Shown here one piece after another: positions 47,982 through 58,030 of a stretch of 64,000 nt of DNA (the first letter of the stretch is position 1; the number at the start of each line of letters is the position of its first letter). Origin of the DNA: Oscillospiraceae bacterium (lineage in GTDB: Bacteria > Bacillota > Clostridia > Oscillospirales > Oscillospiraceae). The notes beneath the pieces are model-generated. The model was not told where the DNA came from. It searched no databases and saw only the letters and a program-made list of their open reading frames with translations. The position numbers and the translations under genes were made by a program. The stretch covers positions 921-64,920 of the forward strand of contig JAFQQV010000060.1 of NCBI GenBank assembly GCA_017410425.1, read 5' to 3'.

Positions 47982-48707
47982 ATGGCTTTGAAAAGACTTG
48001 ACAAATTGCTTGCTGATATGGGCATTGCAAGCCGCAGTGAGCTTAAACAGATAATAAAGAGCGGGCGTGTGACTGTTGACGGCAGGGCAGTAACGGTTCC
48101 GGATGCTAAGTTTGACAGCGAAAGCTGTGACATTGCCTTGGACGGAAAAAGCCTGACAGTGCAGAAGTTCAGATACTATATGATGGATAAGCCTGCGGGA
48201 GTACTTAGCGTTACAGAGGATCGCAAACAGAAGACGGTTCTTGATCTGCTGCCTCAGGAGCAGCAGCGTATGGGGCTTTTCCCAGTGGGCAGGCTGGATA
48301 AAGATACCAGTGGCCTGCTGTTGCTGACAAACGACGGAGATTTTGCACATAGGGTAATATCACCAAAATCCGGCGTGGAGAAGCTTTACCTTGCCGTAGT
48401 GGATGGAGAACCCAATGAGGCTGACGTTCAGGCATTCCGCGAGGGAATAGTTCTTAAGGATGGTACTGAATGCCTGCCTGCAAAGCTTGAGCTGTTGGGA
48501 AACAGCTGCTGTCTTGTAACAGTTATGGAAGGAAAGTACCATCAGGTCAAGCGTATGCTTGCCTCCCGGGGAAAACCCGTGCTTGAACTGCGCCGCCTTG
48601 CGGTTGGAGAGCTTGAAGTGGGAGAAAATCTTGGGCCCGGTGGATTTGTTGAGCTTGACGAAAAGGATTTGTGCAAGGTGATAAAGGATTTCGTTATGGA
48701 AAAATAG
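47982..48707 (+). CDS. Pseudouridine synthase, RsuA/RluB family
   Basis: S4 domain RLDKLLADMGIASRSE and catalytic GRLDKDTSGLLLLTNDG. Confidence 0.9.
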   Translation: MALKRLDKLLADMGIASRSELKQIIKSGRVTVDGRAVTVPDAKFDSESCDIALDGKSLTVQKFRYYMMDKPAGVLSVTEDRKQKTVLDLLPQEQQRMGLFPVGRLDKDTSGLLLLTNDGDFAHRVISPKSGVEKLYLAVVDGEPNEADVQAFREGIVLKDGTECLPAKLELLGNSCCLVTVMEGKYHQVKRMLASRGKPVLELRRLAVGELEVGENLGPGGFVELDEKDLCKVIKDFVMEK

Positions 48708-48792
48708 TTAAAAAACAATAAAATTTTCGAGCTATTTTGCACGTAAGCAACACAAATTTAAAAAAGTTCACAAAAAAACCTTATTGTTTCTA

Positions 48793-48821
48793 TTGAAAAT
48801 TACAAAAAAATGAGTTATTAT
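48793..48821 (+). promoter_or_regulatory. Promoter ahead of a ~200 nt leader for the PucR/CdaR-type regulator
   Basis: TTGAAA (48793-48798), a 17 nt spacer, then TATTAT (48816-48821). Confidence 0.5.
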
Positions 48822-49030
48822 GTATGCTAGGATTATGGGGAGTACGGCAATTTTGCCGGAAACTCTTGCAAAATTGCATATATCACTTTGCAGGGGCGGG
48901 TTTCTGCTCCTGCATGCATATGGTTTCGGGACAAAAATAGCCCTACCGCAGGCTTGATATGCGGAAGCCGGCTGGCCGGAAGTGATTGACCCGGCGAAGG
49001 CCGCATTTGAGGAAGAGTGAGGAGATAAAT

Positions 49031-50128
49031 ATGTCCAGCAGAATTTTTCAGAATGTCATCATTCAGATGAAGGACTCCATTGACAGAACCTTGGGCGTCG
49101 TGGATGAACAGGGTTTTGTTGTAGCCAGCAGCGAGCTTGCAATGATTGGCTCCCGTCTTGACGATTTCCATCAGTGTGAGTTTGACGATCCTGATCGCCC
49201 TGTGTGCACCAGCAGCAGAACCTACTGTGCCCTGTCTTCTCCCGGTGCAAGGTTTGACTATGCCTGCTTTACCGACGGTACAGATTCTATGAGCCGTACC
49301 ATCTGTGCTATTTCTGCAGTCACCTTCAACGAAGCAAAGACCAATTATGAGGAAAAGCACAACAAGGCTGCATTTATCAAGAACATTATCTCTGACAATA
49401 TTCTGCCCGGTGATGTCTATGTCCGCGCTAAGGAACTGCACTTCGTCACCGATGAAACCCGCGTTGTCCTTCTGGTCCGCCAGATGGAGAATCCTGATGT
49501 GGCAGCGGTTGAGGTTATCCAGCATCTCTTCCCCGATAAGCAGAAGGATTTTGTTCTGAACATAAACGAGTCCTCCATCGTGCTTGTCAAATCTCTTCCC
49601 GGCCCCAACTGTCCTGAGGAAGTACATAAGGTTGCCCACAATATTGAGACTGCCCTCAAGGATGAGCTTGGTATCAAGTGTGTTATTGGCATCAGCACCA
49701 ATGCCCGCCACCTCAGAGAGCTTGCCGACAAGTACAAGGAAGCACAGATTGCAATCGATGTGGGCCGTGTATTTGAAAGCGAGAAGACCATCATCAATTA
49801 TGAGAATCTGGGCCTGAGCCGTATTATCTATCAGCTGCCCACCACCCTGTGTGAGATGTTCCTTAACGAGGTCTTCAAAAAGAATTCCATTGAAACTCTG
49901 GACGAGGATACTCTTGAAACTATCAACAAGTTCTTCGAGAATAACCTCAATGTTTCCGAGACTTCCAGAAAGCTTTATGTCCATCGTAACACTCTGGTCT
50001 ACCGCCTTGAGAAAATCAAGAAGCTCACTGGCCTTGATCTGAGAGAGTTTGACCATGCAATTGTCTTTAAGGTCGCTATGATGGTAAAGCAGTATCTCGA
50101 CTCCCTTAATATCACCAGCAAGTACTGA
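49031..50128 (+). CDS. PucR/CdaR-family transcriptional regulator
   Basis: C-terminal HTH ETSRKLYVHRNTLVYRLEKI. ATG 49031 follows GAGGAG. Confidence 0.8.
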   Translation: MSSRIFQNVIIQMKDSIDRTLGVVDEQGFVVASSELAMIGSRLDDFHQCEFDDPDRPVCTSSRTYCALSSPGARFDYACFTDGTDSMSRTICAISAVTFNEAKTNYEEKHNKAAFIKNIISDNILPGDVYVRAKELHFVTDETRVVLLVRQMENPDVAAVEVIQHLFPDKQKDFVLNINESSIVLVKSLPGPNCPEEVHKVAHNIETALKDELGIKCVIGISTNARHLRELADKYKEAQIAIDVGRVFESEKTIINYENLGLSRIIYQLPTTLCEMFLNEVFKKNSIETLDEDTLETINKFFENNLNVSETSRKLYVHRNTLVYRLEKIKKLTGLDLREFDHAIVFKVAMMVKQYLDSLNITSKY

Positions 50129-50219
50129 GTTGAGGTTTTTAGGCATATTTAAAATTGCCTTGGTATTATACTCGGCGAAAGCTGTTATTTTATAAAACCT
50201 TTGGAGGTTAATTGATTCT

Positions 50220-50900
50220 ATGGTACTGATGGAAAATGTCCGCAAGGTTTACGACAGCAGCAATACTATTGCGCTGGACAATGTAAGCCTTAACATAAAT
50301 GAAGGCGAGTTTGTTTTCCTGGTCGGCCCCTCCGGCTCCGGCAAGACAACTTTGATGAAACTTATTACCGGTGAATTACGTCCTACTTCCGGTACCGTCA
50401 TTATCAATGACTATGACATGAGCACTATAAAGCGCCGCAAGCTGCCTAAAATGCGCAGAACTCTGGGCGTTGTTTTCCAGGATTACAGACTTATTGAGAA
50501 TATGAGTGTCTATGACAATGTGGCTTTTGCCATGCGTGTTGTCGGCGCACCCAATAAGGAAATCAAGAAGCGCGTGCCCTACATACTTGAGCTTGTCGGT
50601 CTTGACGGCTGTGAAAAGCGTATGCCTACCGAACTTTCCGGTGGTGAACAGCAGCGTGTTGCAATTGCAAGAGCTCTTGTCAACAGCCCCCGTATGATCG
50701 TGGCAGATGAGCCTACCGGCAACCTTGACCCTGCACGCAGCCTTGAGCTTATGCTCCTGCTGGAGAAGATCAATGAAATGGGCACCACCGTTCTTGTGGT
50801 CACTCATGAAAAAGAGCTGGTCAACGCTTTCAACAAGCGCGTTATCACTATTGATAGCGGCAATATGGTCAGCGATGGAATGGAGGGCTATTACGTATGA
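50220..50900 (+). CDS. ftsE: Cell division ATP-binding protein FtsE
   Basis: [28 protein letters not shown]; followed by ftsX. Confidence 0.92.
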   Translation: MVLMENVRKVYDSSNTIALDNVSLNINEGEFVFLVGPSGSGKTTLMKLITGELRPTSGTVIINDYDMSTIKRRKLPKMRRTLGVVFQDYRLIENMSVYDNVAFAMRVVGAPNKEIKKRVPYILELVGLDGCEKRMPTELSGGEQQRVAIARALVNSPRMIVADEPTGNLDPARSLELMLLLEKINEMGTTVLVVTHEKELVNAFNKRVITIDSGNMVSDGMEGYYV

Positions 50901-51781
50901 TCAGCAGATGGCTTTACCTTATACGCGAAGGTTTCCGCAGCATTACCACTCACGGCTTTATGTCCTTCGCATCCGTAACAATTATTATGGCCTGCCTCAT
51001 TATCATGGGTATCGTCTCTCTTCTGTCTGTTAACATTGATGCACTTATCAAGGACCTTGAGGACCAGAATGAGATCGTTGTTTTCGTTGACGAGGATATT
51101 GCCGATGAAAATGAAGCCATGGCTATTCAGGGAAGCATTGAGGCTCTGGAGAACATTTCTTACGCAGACTTTGTCTCCCGTGAAGAAGCAATGGATAACT
51201 TCATGAGCAAGTACGATGAAAGCCTGATGGAAGGTATTGACGAATCCGTCTTCCGCCATCGTTTTGTCGTTCATCTGACTGACATTGCCCTCATGTCCCA
51301 GACCCAGGCAGAGCTTGAGGCTCTTGCTGGTGTTGCAAAGGTCAATGCTCACCTTGAGTATGCAAAGACCTTTGTTACCATCAGAAATGTTGTCAGTGTT
51401 ATTTCCATGGTGCTTATTGCCATGCTGGTGTTTGTGTCCATATTCATTATGACCAATACCATTAAGCTTGCCACCTTTGGCCGTCGTGAAGAAATCGCCA
51501 TTATGAAGATGGTTGGTGCAACCAACGGCTTTATCCGTATGCCCTTTGTCATTGAGGGCCTTGTGCTCGGTATGCTGGGCGGCGGGCTTGCATTTATCGC
51601 AGTTTGGGGCCTTTACAACGTGATTACCGGTAAACTTGTCGGTACCCTTACCGGTAACTTCATTTCTGTTGTACCCTTCAGCCACGTTGGCTTTGAAATA
51701 TTCGTTGTTTTCATGGCCGTCAGCGTTATGGTCGGCGTCTTTGGCGGCGTCAACGCTATCAGAAATTATCTAAAGGTCTGA
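50897..51781 (+). CDS. ftsX: Cell division permease-like protein FtsX
   Basis: Four TM segments with a large first extracellular loop; overlaps ftsE. Confidence 0.9.
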   Translation: MISRWLYLIREGFRSITTHGFMSFASVTIIMACLIIMGIVSLLSVNIDALIKDLEDQNEIVVFVDEDIADENEAMAIQGSIEALENISYADFVSREEAMDNFMSKYDESLMEGIDESVFRHRFVVHLTDIALMSQTQAELEALAGVAKVNAHLEYAKTFVTIRNVVSVISMVLIAMLVFVSIFIMTNTIKLATFGRREEIAIMKMVGATNGFIRMPFVIEGLVLGMLGGGLAFIAVWGLYNVITGKLVGTLTGNFISVVPFSHVGFEIFVVFMAVSVMVGVFGGVNAIRNYLKV

Positions 51782-51812
51782 GGAACAAAGCCCCTAGTTA
51801 CAGGAGTTTTTA

Positions 51813-53162
51813 ATGAAAAGAAGAAAAAAGTTTGTATCGTTTGTCGCGGTCCTCATGGCGATCCTGATGCTTTTGTCTCTGGTTTTCAGCGTGGTTCCCG
51901 TTTCCGCCTATGCGGACGAACTGGATGAACTGAAAGCTCAGAAAGAAGAGCTTTCAAAGCAGGTAAGAGACATCAAGGAACGTATTGAGCTGCTGGAAGA
52001 ACAGCAGGCAAATGTATTGGACAAGAAGGCTGCCCTTGAAGTTCAGACAACGCTTGCTGAAGAACAGATGAAAATCGTTCAAAAGGAAATCGACAACTAC
52101 GATAAACTGATCGAGGAAAAAGCAAAAGAAGTGGCTGCTGCCAGAGACAGAGAAGCCATTCAGCTTGAAAAGTACAGGACCAGAGTCCGTGCAATGGAAG
52201 AAAACGGCGGCTTCAATATTCTGGCCCTTATTCTCCAATCCGATAATTTTTCCCAGCTCATAACAGCAATGGATGATATGGGTGAAATTATGGAGAGCGA
52301 CAGAGTCCTTCAGGAGCGTTATGAGGACGCCCGTGAAGAGACTGAGGAGATCAAGGCCCAGTATGAAATTGAGAAGGCCGGCTATGAAGAAAAAAAGTCT
52401 GAACTTCAGGCCGAGCAGGAGCAGCTTAAAAAGGACATTGAAGAAGCAGCAAAGCTTCTTGAAAGTCTTGAAGCTGATATCCAGTCTGCCATTGCTGAAT
52501 ATGAAGCAGCTGAAGCAGCTGAAGCTGCAGCCGCAGCGACAATTGCAGGTGTTATTGCCCGCAACAATGCAATCAAGGCCCAGCAGCAGGCTGAAGCTCT
52601 GGCTAATGCCCAGAATGCCGCAGCCCAGCTTGAGCAGATGAATCAGGCCAATGCAGAGGCGGAGGCTGCAGGTAATGAACCTCCCTATTCTCAGGAGCAG
52701 ATTCAGGATATGCAGAACCAAAGCAATGTTGGTAATGTGGGTGGCAACGAAGGCTTTGTGTGGCCTGTACCCTGCAGCACCAGGGTAACCAGCCGATATG
52801 GCAACCGTTCCGACCCCTTTACCGGTGAAACCCGTTATCACAGCGGCATTGATATAGACGGCTTCAACAATGCAGGTCAGCCTATTATCGCCGCAGCATC
52901 CGGCACTGTTATCACTGCTTCCTATGACGGCGGCTATGGTAACTACGTAATCATTGACCATGGCAGCACTTCCACCGTGTATGCTCACTGCTCTTCTCTT
53001 GCTGTGTCCCAGGGTGAGTACGTCAGCCAGGGTCAGACTATCGGTTATCTTGGAGATACCGGCCGTGCAACCGGTGTGCACCTCCATTTTGAGGTGTATG
53101 TAGGAGACAGCAGGGTAGACCCCACCCAGTATTTCTCCGGTATTTCCTACTACAATTGCTAA
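51813..53162 (+). CDS. Coiled-coil M23 family metallopeptidase (EnvC/PcsB-like), copy 1
   Basis: Signal/TM segment, a long coiled coil, and LytM motifs YHSGIDI and HLHFEV. Confidence 0.88.
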   Translation: MKRRKKFVSFVAVLMAILMLLSLVFSVVPVSAYADELDELKAQKEELSKQVRDIKERIELLEEQQANVLDKKAALEVQTTLAEEQMKIVQKEIDNYDKLIEEKAKEVAAARDREAIQLEKYRTRVRAMEENGGFNILALILQSDNFSQLITAMDDMGEIMESDRVLQERYEDAREETEEIKAQYEIEKAGYEEKKSELQAEQEQLKKDIEEAAKLLESLEADIQSAIAEYEAAEAAEAAAAATIAGVIARNNAIKAQQQAEALANAQNAAAQLEQMNQANAEAEAAGNEPPYSQEQIQDMQNQSNVGNVGGNEGFVWPVPCSTRVTSRYGNRSDPFTGETRYHSGIDIDGFNNAGQPIIAAASGTVITASYDGGYGNYVIIDHGSTSTVYAHCSSLAVSQGEYVSQGQTIGYLGDTGRATGVHLHFEVYVGDSRVDPTQYFSGISYYNC

Positions 53163-53182
53163 GGCAGTTCAAGGTATAGCTT

Positions 53183-54421
53183 ATGAATAGAAAGATAAAA
53201 TCCTTACTTGCGCTGATGCTTTGCTTTGCAATGTGTTCTGGCCTTGTGCTTGAAACTGTCCCAGTAGCTGCCGAAGCAGTTACCCAGGCGGAGATTGACG
53301 CACTCAAGGCCCAGCGTGATGCAATAAAAGCCCAGCGTAAGGAGAAGCAGGCTGTGGTTGAACAGCTTGAGTCTGAAAAGGCCAGTGTTGTTGAGAAGAA
53401 GAGAGCAATGGATGAGCGTAATGCCTACACTCTCATACAGATTCAGCTTAACAACGACGAAATTGCAATCTATGACGAGATGATTGCCGATAAGGAAAAG
53501 GAGCTTTTCCACGCCCAGGAACTGGAGCAGGAACAGCTTGAGCGCTATCGCTCCCGTGTCCGCGCAATGGAGGAAAACGGCAATCTCAACTTTTTCGCTA
53601 TGATATTCAAATCCAATAATCTGGGCGAAATGCTCACTGCAATGGATGATATCGGCGAGATTATGGAGAGCGACAAGGCCCTTCAGGACGCTTACACCAA
53701 GGCCCGCGAAAATACCGAAGAGGTTAAGCTTGAGTATGAGGCTTACCGCGAGGACATAGAGGCAAAGCAGGAGATCCTCCGCCAGGAGCAGGAGGAACTG
53801 CAGAAGGATATTGAAGAGGCAACCCAGCTTATCCTTGACCTTGAGAAGGATATTGAGAACAAGCAGGCTGAATACGAGGCAATCTCTGCTCAGGAAGATG
53901 CTGCAAACTCAGCTATTGATGCGCTGGTTGCCAAGCTTGAAGCTGAAAAGGCTGCAGCTGCCGTTGGCCCTGCAGGTGGTGGCGGTGGTGTTTCCGGCAC
54001 CGGCAGCTTCGTCTTCCCGGTTGCGTCCTATGCTTACATATCCAGCCGTTTCGGCATGCGTGTGCACCCCATTACCGGCCAGTACAAAAGCCATACCGGC
54101 ATGGACATTGCATCAAATCAGGGCACGGCGGTTTACGCATGTGACTCCGGTACTGTTGTTTTAGCCTCCTGGAATGGCGGCTATGGCAACTGCATTATGA
54201 TTGACCATGGCAACGGATACAAGACCCTCTACGGTCATCTTTCCGTCATCTCCGTTTCCAACGGACAGACTGTCTCACAAGGTGAGACTATAGGCCAGGT
54301 AGGCAGCACCGGCAATTCCACCGGTCCTCACCTGCATCTTGAAGTGTACAAAAACGGCACCAGAATTGACCCTGAGCAGTTTTACTCCGGATTGGTCATT
54401 TCTCAGGATGCCGGCGTATAA
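53183..54421 (+). CDS. Coiled-coil M23 family metallopeptidase, copy 2
   Basis: Same architecture as copy 1, with SHTGMDI and HLHLEV. The two share blocks such as YR(T/S)RVRAMEENG and AMDD(M/I)GEIMESD. Confidence 0.88.
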   Translation: MNRKIKSLLALMLCFAMCSGLVLETVPVAAEAVTQAEIDALKAQRDAIKAQRKEKQAVVEQLESEKASVVEKKRAMDERNAYTLIQIQLNNDEIAIYDEMIADKEKELFHAQELEQEQLERYRSRVRAMEENGNLNFFAMIFKSNNLGEMLTAMDDIGEIMESDKALQDAYTKARENTEEVKLEYEAYREDIEAKQEILRQEQEELQKDIEEATQLILDLEKDIENKQAEYEAISAQEDAANSAIDALVAKLEAEKAAAAVGPAGGGGGVSGTGSFVFPVASYAYISSRFGMRVHPITGQYKSHTGMDIASNQGTAVYACDSGTVVLASWNGGYGNCIMIDHGNGYKTLYGHLSVISVSNGQTVSQGETIGQVGSTGNSTGPHLHLEVYKNGTRIDPEQFYSGLVISQDAGV

Positions 54422-54521
54422 GAACGCTTTTTAACAGATATTTATCGCTACCGGACGGTCGTTTACGGCTGTCCGGTAAAGCGCGATATAATGACAAAAA
54501 ATTTTTCAACAGGAGCTTATA

Positions 54522-55766
54522 ATGGGCATCGGAAGCAGACTATTAAACGCAATATTTAATATTATTGCGGCAATTTTCAACATTCCCATCAAAAGCAAAT
54601 ACGTTGTGCTGGTACTGATCCTTTCTGTCAGCGGATCCATCTGGTATACAAGGCGTGACATGCTCAATAGTGTAGGCGGTAAGGACGAGTATAACGAGGC
54701 CATGCGCTACATTGAAATCAAGGATGTTGTAGACAATCAGTACATTGATGCTGTCAACCGTGAGACCATGGGCGACAATGCTGCCGCTGCAATGATATCC
54801 GGACTTGGCGACAGCTGGAGCTATTACATGTCTCCCAATGAATACAAGGCATATCAGCTGAACTCAACCAACGAATATGCGTCCATCGGTATGGCAATTT
54901 CCAAGCTTGATAATGGCGGTTTTGAGGTTATCTCCGTAAACTATGAGTCACCTGCAGCCATCGCCGGTCTTACTCCCGGTATGGTAATTACCTCCGTAGA
55001 TGACATTGATCTGCGAGACAAGACCTTGGATGAAACCCGTGTACTTATCCGCTCCAGGCTTAACACCAAGTTTGTCCTGGGTATAGGCAACGGCAAAAAT
55101 ACCATTGAGGTAGACTGCACCGGAACTTACAAGAGCTCTGTTTACCACCGTCTTGAAAAGACAATGGCAGGCTATGTTCAGATCAAGAACTTTGAAGCAG
55201 GTACTGCTCAGGATGCAATCAACGCAATTGAAGAGCTGCTCAATCAGGGGGCAATTTCCCTGTGTATTGATGTACGCGGTAATCCCGGTGGTCTTGATAC
55301 TGAGCTTGCAGCTTTGCTTGACTACCTGCTTCCCAGCGGAATCCTCTTCATCGAAAAGGATAAGGAAGACAATGAACAAATCACCGAGTCTGACGGTATG
55401 TGCATTCAGCTTCCTACCTGTGTGCTGCTGAATGTTGAAACCTTTGGCGAAGCTGAGCTTTTTGCAGCTGTGCTCAAGGAGTACCAGTGGGCAACCCTTC
55501 TCGGCGAGGCAACTGTTGGCAAAACCAGAACTCAGGAGACCATCGCCCTTGCAGACGGCAGCGCGATCCGTCTCTCTACCGGCACTTATCTTACTGGTAA
55601 CTACACTGATATAAGCATCAACGGCGGCGTTGTTCCGGATTACATCGTTTATAATACCGACGCATCCGCCACCGGCACTACTGCCGGTACCACCGGTGAA
55701 AGTACTGGCGCCGGTGCGACTTCAAATGATGAACAGCTCATGCAGGCTCTTAAGCTTTTGAGTTGA
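54522..55766 (+). CDS. S41 (C-terminal processing peptidase) family homologue; nucleophile Ser apparently replaced
   Basis: TM anchor, PDZ (IGMAISKLDNGGFEVISV..), and DVRGNPGG. Where S41 enzymes carry SASASE, this protein has TFGEAE. The Lys (TVGKTRTQ) is retained. Confidence 0.8.
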   Translation: MGIGSRLLNAIFNIIAAIFNIPIKSKYVVLVLILSVSGSIWYTRRDMLNSVGGKDEYNEAMRYIEIKDVVDNQYIDAVNRETMGDNAAAAMISGLGDSWSYYMSPNEYKAYQLNSTNEYASIGMAISKLDNGGFEVISVNYESPAAIAGLTPGMVITSVDDIDLRDKTLDETRVLIRSRLNTKFVLGIGNGKNTIEVDCTGTYKSSVYHRLEKTMAGYVQIKNFEAGTAQDAINAIEELLNQGAISLCIDVRGNPGGLDTELAALLDYLLPSGILFIEKDKEDNEQITESDGMCIQLPTCVLLNVETFGEAELFAAVLKEYQWATLLGEATVGKTRTQETIALADGSAIRLSTGTYLTGNYTDISINGGVVPDYIVYNTDASATGTTAGTTGESTGAGATSNDEQLMQALKLLS

Positions 55767-55855
55767 CATATACAGCATAAATCACTATAATATATAGGCT
55801 AAATTCAGATTTCCCACTATAAAATGCCCGACTTGGGCAGAAGGAGTCAGTAAAA

Positions 55856-56338
55856 ATGGCAAACATGAGCAGATTTAAAATGAGCCAGGAGCGCCTTGAC
55901 GCAATCAAGGAAGAGCTTAACTATCTGGAAACCGTTAGAGAAAAAGAAGTAGCAGAACTTATCAAGGAAGCCAGAAGCTTTGGTGACCTTTCTGAAAACA
56001 GTGAGTACGATGAGGCCAAGACCGAGCAGGGTAAGCTTTACTCCAAGATTGCCGAGCTGAAGGTTCTCATTGAGAATGCTGAGATTGTTGATAATATGGA
56101 TACCGACGCACCCAAGGACACCGTCACTCTGGGCAGCGTTGTAAAGGTTCTGGATGAGGACTTTGAGGAGACTTATGAGATCGTTGGTTCTCAGGAAGCC
56201 AACCCCCGTATGGGTCGCATCTCTGATGACTCTCCCGTGGGCCGCGCACTCCATGGTCACCGCGCAGGCGATGTAGTCACCGTTATGGCTCCTGCTGGTG
56301 CAATCCAGCTTAAGATAATTTCCGTAGAAAATAAGTAA
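55856..56338 (+). CDS. greA: Transcription elongation factor GreA
   Basis: N-terminal coiled coil with GDLSENSEYDEAK, and a C-terminal FKBP-like domain. Confidence 0.93.
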   Translation: MANMSRFKMSQERLDAIKEELNYLETVREKEVAELIKEARSFGDLSENSEYDEAKTEQGKLYSKIAELKVLIENAEIVDNMDTDAPKDTVTLGSVVKVLDEDFEETYEIVGSQEANPRMGRISDDSPVGRALHGHRAGDVVTVMAPAGAIQLKIISVENK

Positions 56339-56354
56339 TTAGGTGGAACAGGAT

Positions 56355-57854
56355 ATGAGCGAAGAAAAGAATGTTCAGCAGGCTCCCGAGATGGAGCTGT
56401 CCGAGATTCTGCAGGTACGCCGTGATAAGCTGGCTGCTCTGCAGCAGGAGGGAAGAGACCCCTTCCATCAGACCAAGTTTGAGAGAAGCGCATGGTCCCG
56501 TGAAATCAAAGAAAACTACGAAGCTTTTGAAGAAAAGCCCGTTTGCGTAGCAGGCCGTATCATGTCCAAGCGCGGCATGGGTAAGGCAATCTTCTGCCAC
56601 ATCAAGGATGATAAGGGCCAGATCCAGCTTTATATCAAGAAGGACTCTGTCTCTGAGCAGGAGTTTGCAGATTTCCGCAAGTACGACATTGGTGATATCG
56701 TTGGTGTTTCCGGCTTTGTTTTCAAGACCAAGACTGAGGAAATCTCTGTCCACGTTGAGAAGGTTGTTCTGCTCTCCAAGTCCCTGCGTCCTCTGCCTGA
56801 GAAGTTCCACGGCATGACCAATACCGAGCTTAAGTACCGCCAGCGCTACGTTGACCTTATTGTCAATGATGAGAGCCGCCGTAACTTTGAGATCCGCTCC
56901 AAGTTTATCTCCTATGTCCGCCGCTTCCTTGAAAACCGCGGCTACATGGAGGTTGAGACTCCTGTTCTCAACACCATTTCCGGTGGTGCTACTGCACGCC
57001 CCTTCATTACTCACCACAATACTCTGGATATTGACATGTATCTCCGTATTGCTACTGAGCTGCCCCTGAAGCGTCTTATTGTTGGCGGCATTGAGCGCGT
57101 TTACGAAATCGGTCGTATTTTCCGTAATGAAGGTATGGACACCAAGCACAATCCTGAGTTTACTACTGTTGAACTCTATGAGGCTTATGCAGACTTCAAT
57201 GATATGATGGATCTTTTTGAAGATCTTCTTTCCGGCGCCGCCATGGAAATCCTCGGCACCTATGATGTCGAGTGGCAGGGCAAGCAGGTTTCTCTCGCTC
57301 CCGGCTTCAAGCGCATGACTATGGCTGAGGCTGTCAAGGAATATGTCGGTATCGACTTTATGGCTATCGAGGACGATGCAGAGGCTGTTGCCGCTGCAAA
57401 GGCTGCCGGTGTTGACATGGATAAGATCGAGCCCACTTGGGGCCACGCCCTGTATGAATGCTTTGACCAGAAGGTTGAAGAGAAGCTTACCCAGCCCACC
57501 TTTATCACCATGCATCCCGTTGATGTTTCTCCCCTTGCAAAGCGCAGCCCCAGCTTCCCCAAGCTGACCGAGCGCTTCGAGCTGTTCATCTGCTCCAGCG
57601 AGATGGGTAATGCCTTCTCTGAGCTCAATGACCCCATTGACCAGAAGCAGCGTTTCCAGAAGCAGGTCGAGATGCGCGCCAAGGGCGACGATGAAGCCGG
57701 CATGATGGACGATGACTTCATCAATGCTCTGGAGTATGGTATGCCTCCCACTGGCGGCCTTGGCATCGGTATTGACCGCTGCGTAATGCTGCTTACCGGC
57801 TGCAACTCTATCAGAGACGTTATTCTCTTCCCCACCATGAAGCCCATGGACTGA
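56355..57854 (+). CDS. lysS: Lysine--tRNA ligase (class II)
   Basis: OB anticodon domain, class II motifs ([16 protein letters not shown]), and greA-lysS synteny. Confidence 0.94.
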   Translation: MSEEKNVQQAPEMELSEILQVRRDKLAALQQEGRDPFHQTKFERSAWSREIKENYEAFEEKPVCVAGRIMSKRGMGKAIFCHIKDDKGQIQLYIKKDSVSEQEFADFRKYDIGDIVGVSGFVFKTKTEEISVHVEKVVLLSKSLRPLPEKFHGMTNTELKYRQRYVDLIVNDESRRNFEIRSKFISYVRRFLENRGYMEVETPVLNTISGGATARPFITHHNTLDIDMYLRIATELPLKRLIVGGIERVYEIGRIFRNEGMDTKHNPEFTTVELYEAYADFNDMMDLFEDLLSGAAMEILGTYDVEWQGKQVSLAPGFKRMTMAEAVKEYVGIDFMAIEDDAEAVAAAKAAGVDMDKIEPTWGHALYECFDQKVEEKLTQPTFITMHPVDVSPLAKRSPSFPKLTERFELFICSSEMGNAFSELNDPIDQKQRFQKQVEMRAKGDDEAGMMDDDFINALEYGMPPTGGLGIGIDRCVMLLTGCNSIRDVILFPTMKPMD

Positions 57855-58030
57855 TTTGAAACCCGGAGAGCATTGAAAATGCTTAGGTTTTAAGACAGTC
57901 AAAACTATAAAATTTACGCCAATACGCCACGCTTACGCCAAACGGTGCAATAGTTTGTATAACAAAAAATGCACGGAAAAGGGTGTTGCTCCAATGGCTT
58001 ATGTCGTAAGAGAGATTTATAAGCGTATAC

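Noticed and set aside
48837-48960. GGGGAGTA at 48837-48844 resembles the 5' GGGGAGUAG signature of the yybP-ykoY manganese riboswitch.
   Set aside because: The remaining hallmarks of that class are missing: the second conserved loop with UUGACAUA and the closing ..AAGACC.. strand that forms a four-way junction. The downstream gene is a PucR/CdaR regulator, not a metal exporter. The region is kept only as an unassigned structured leader.
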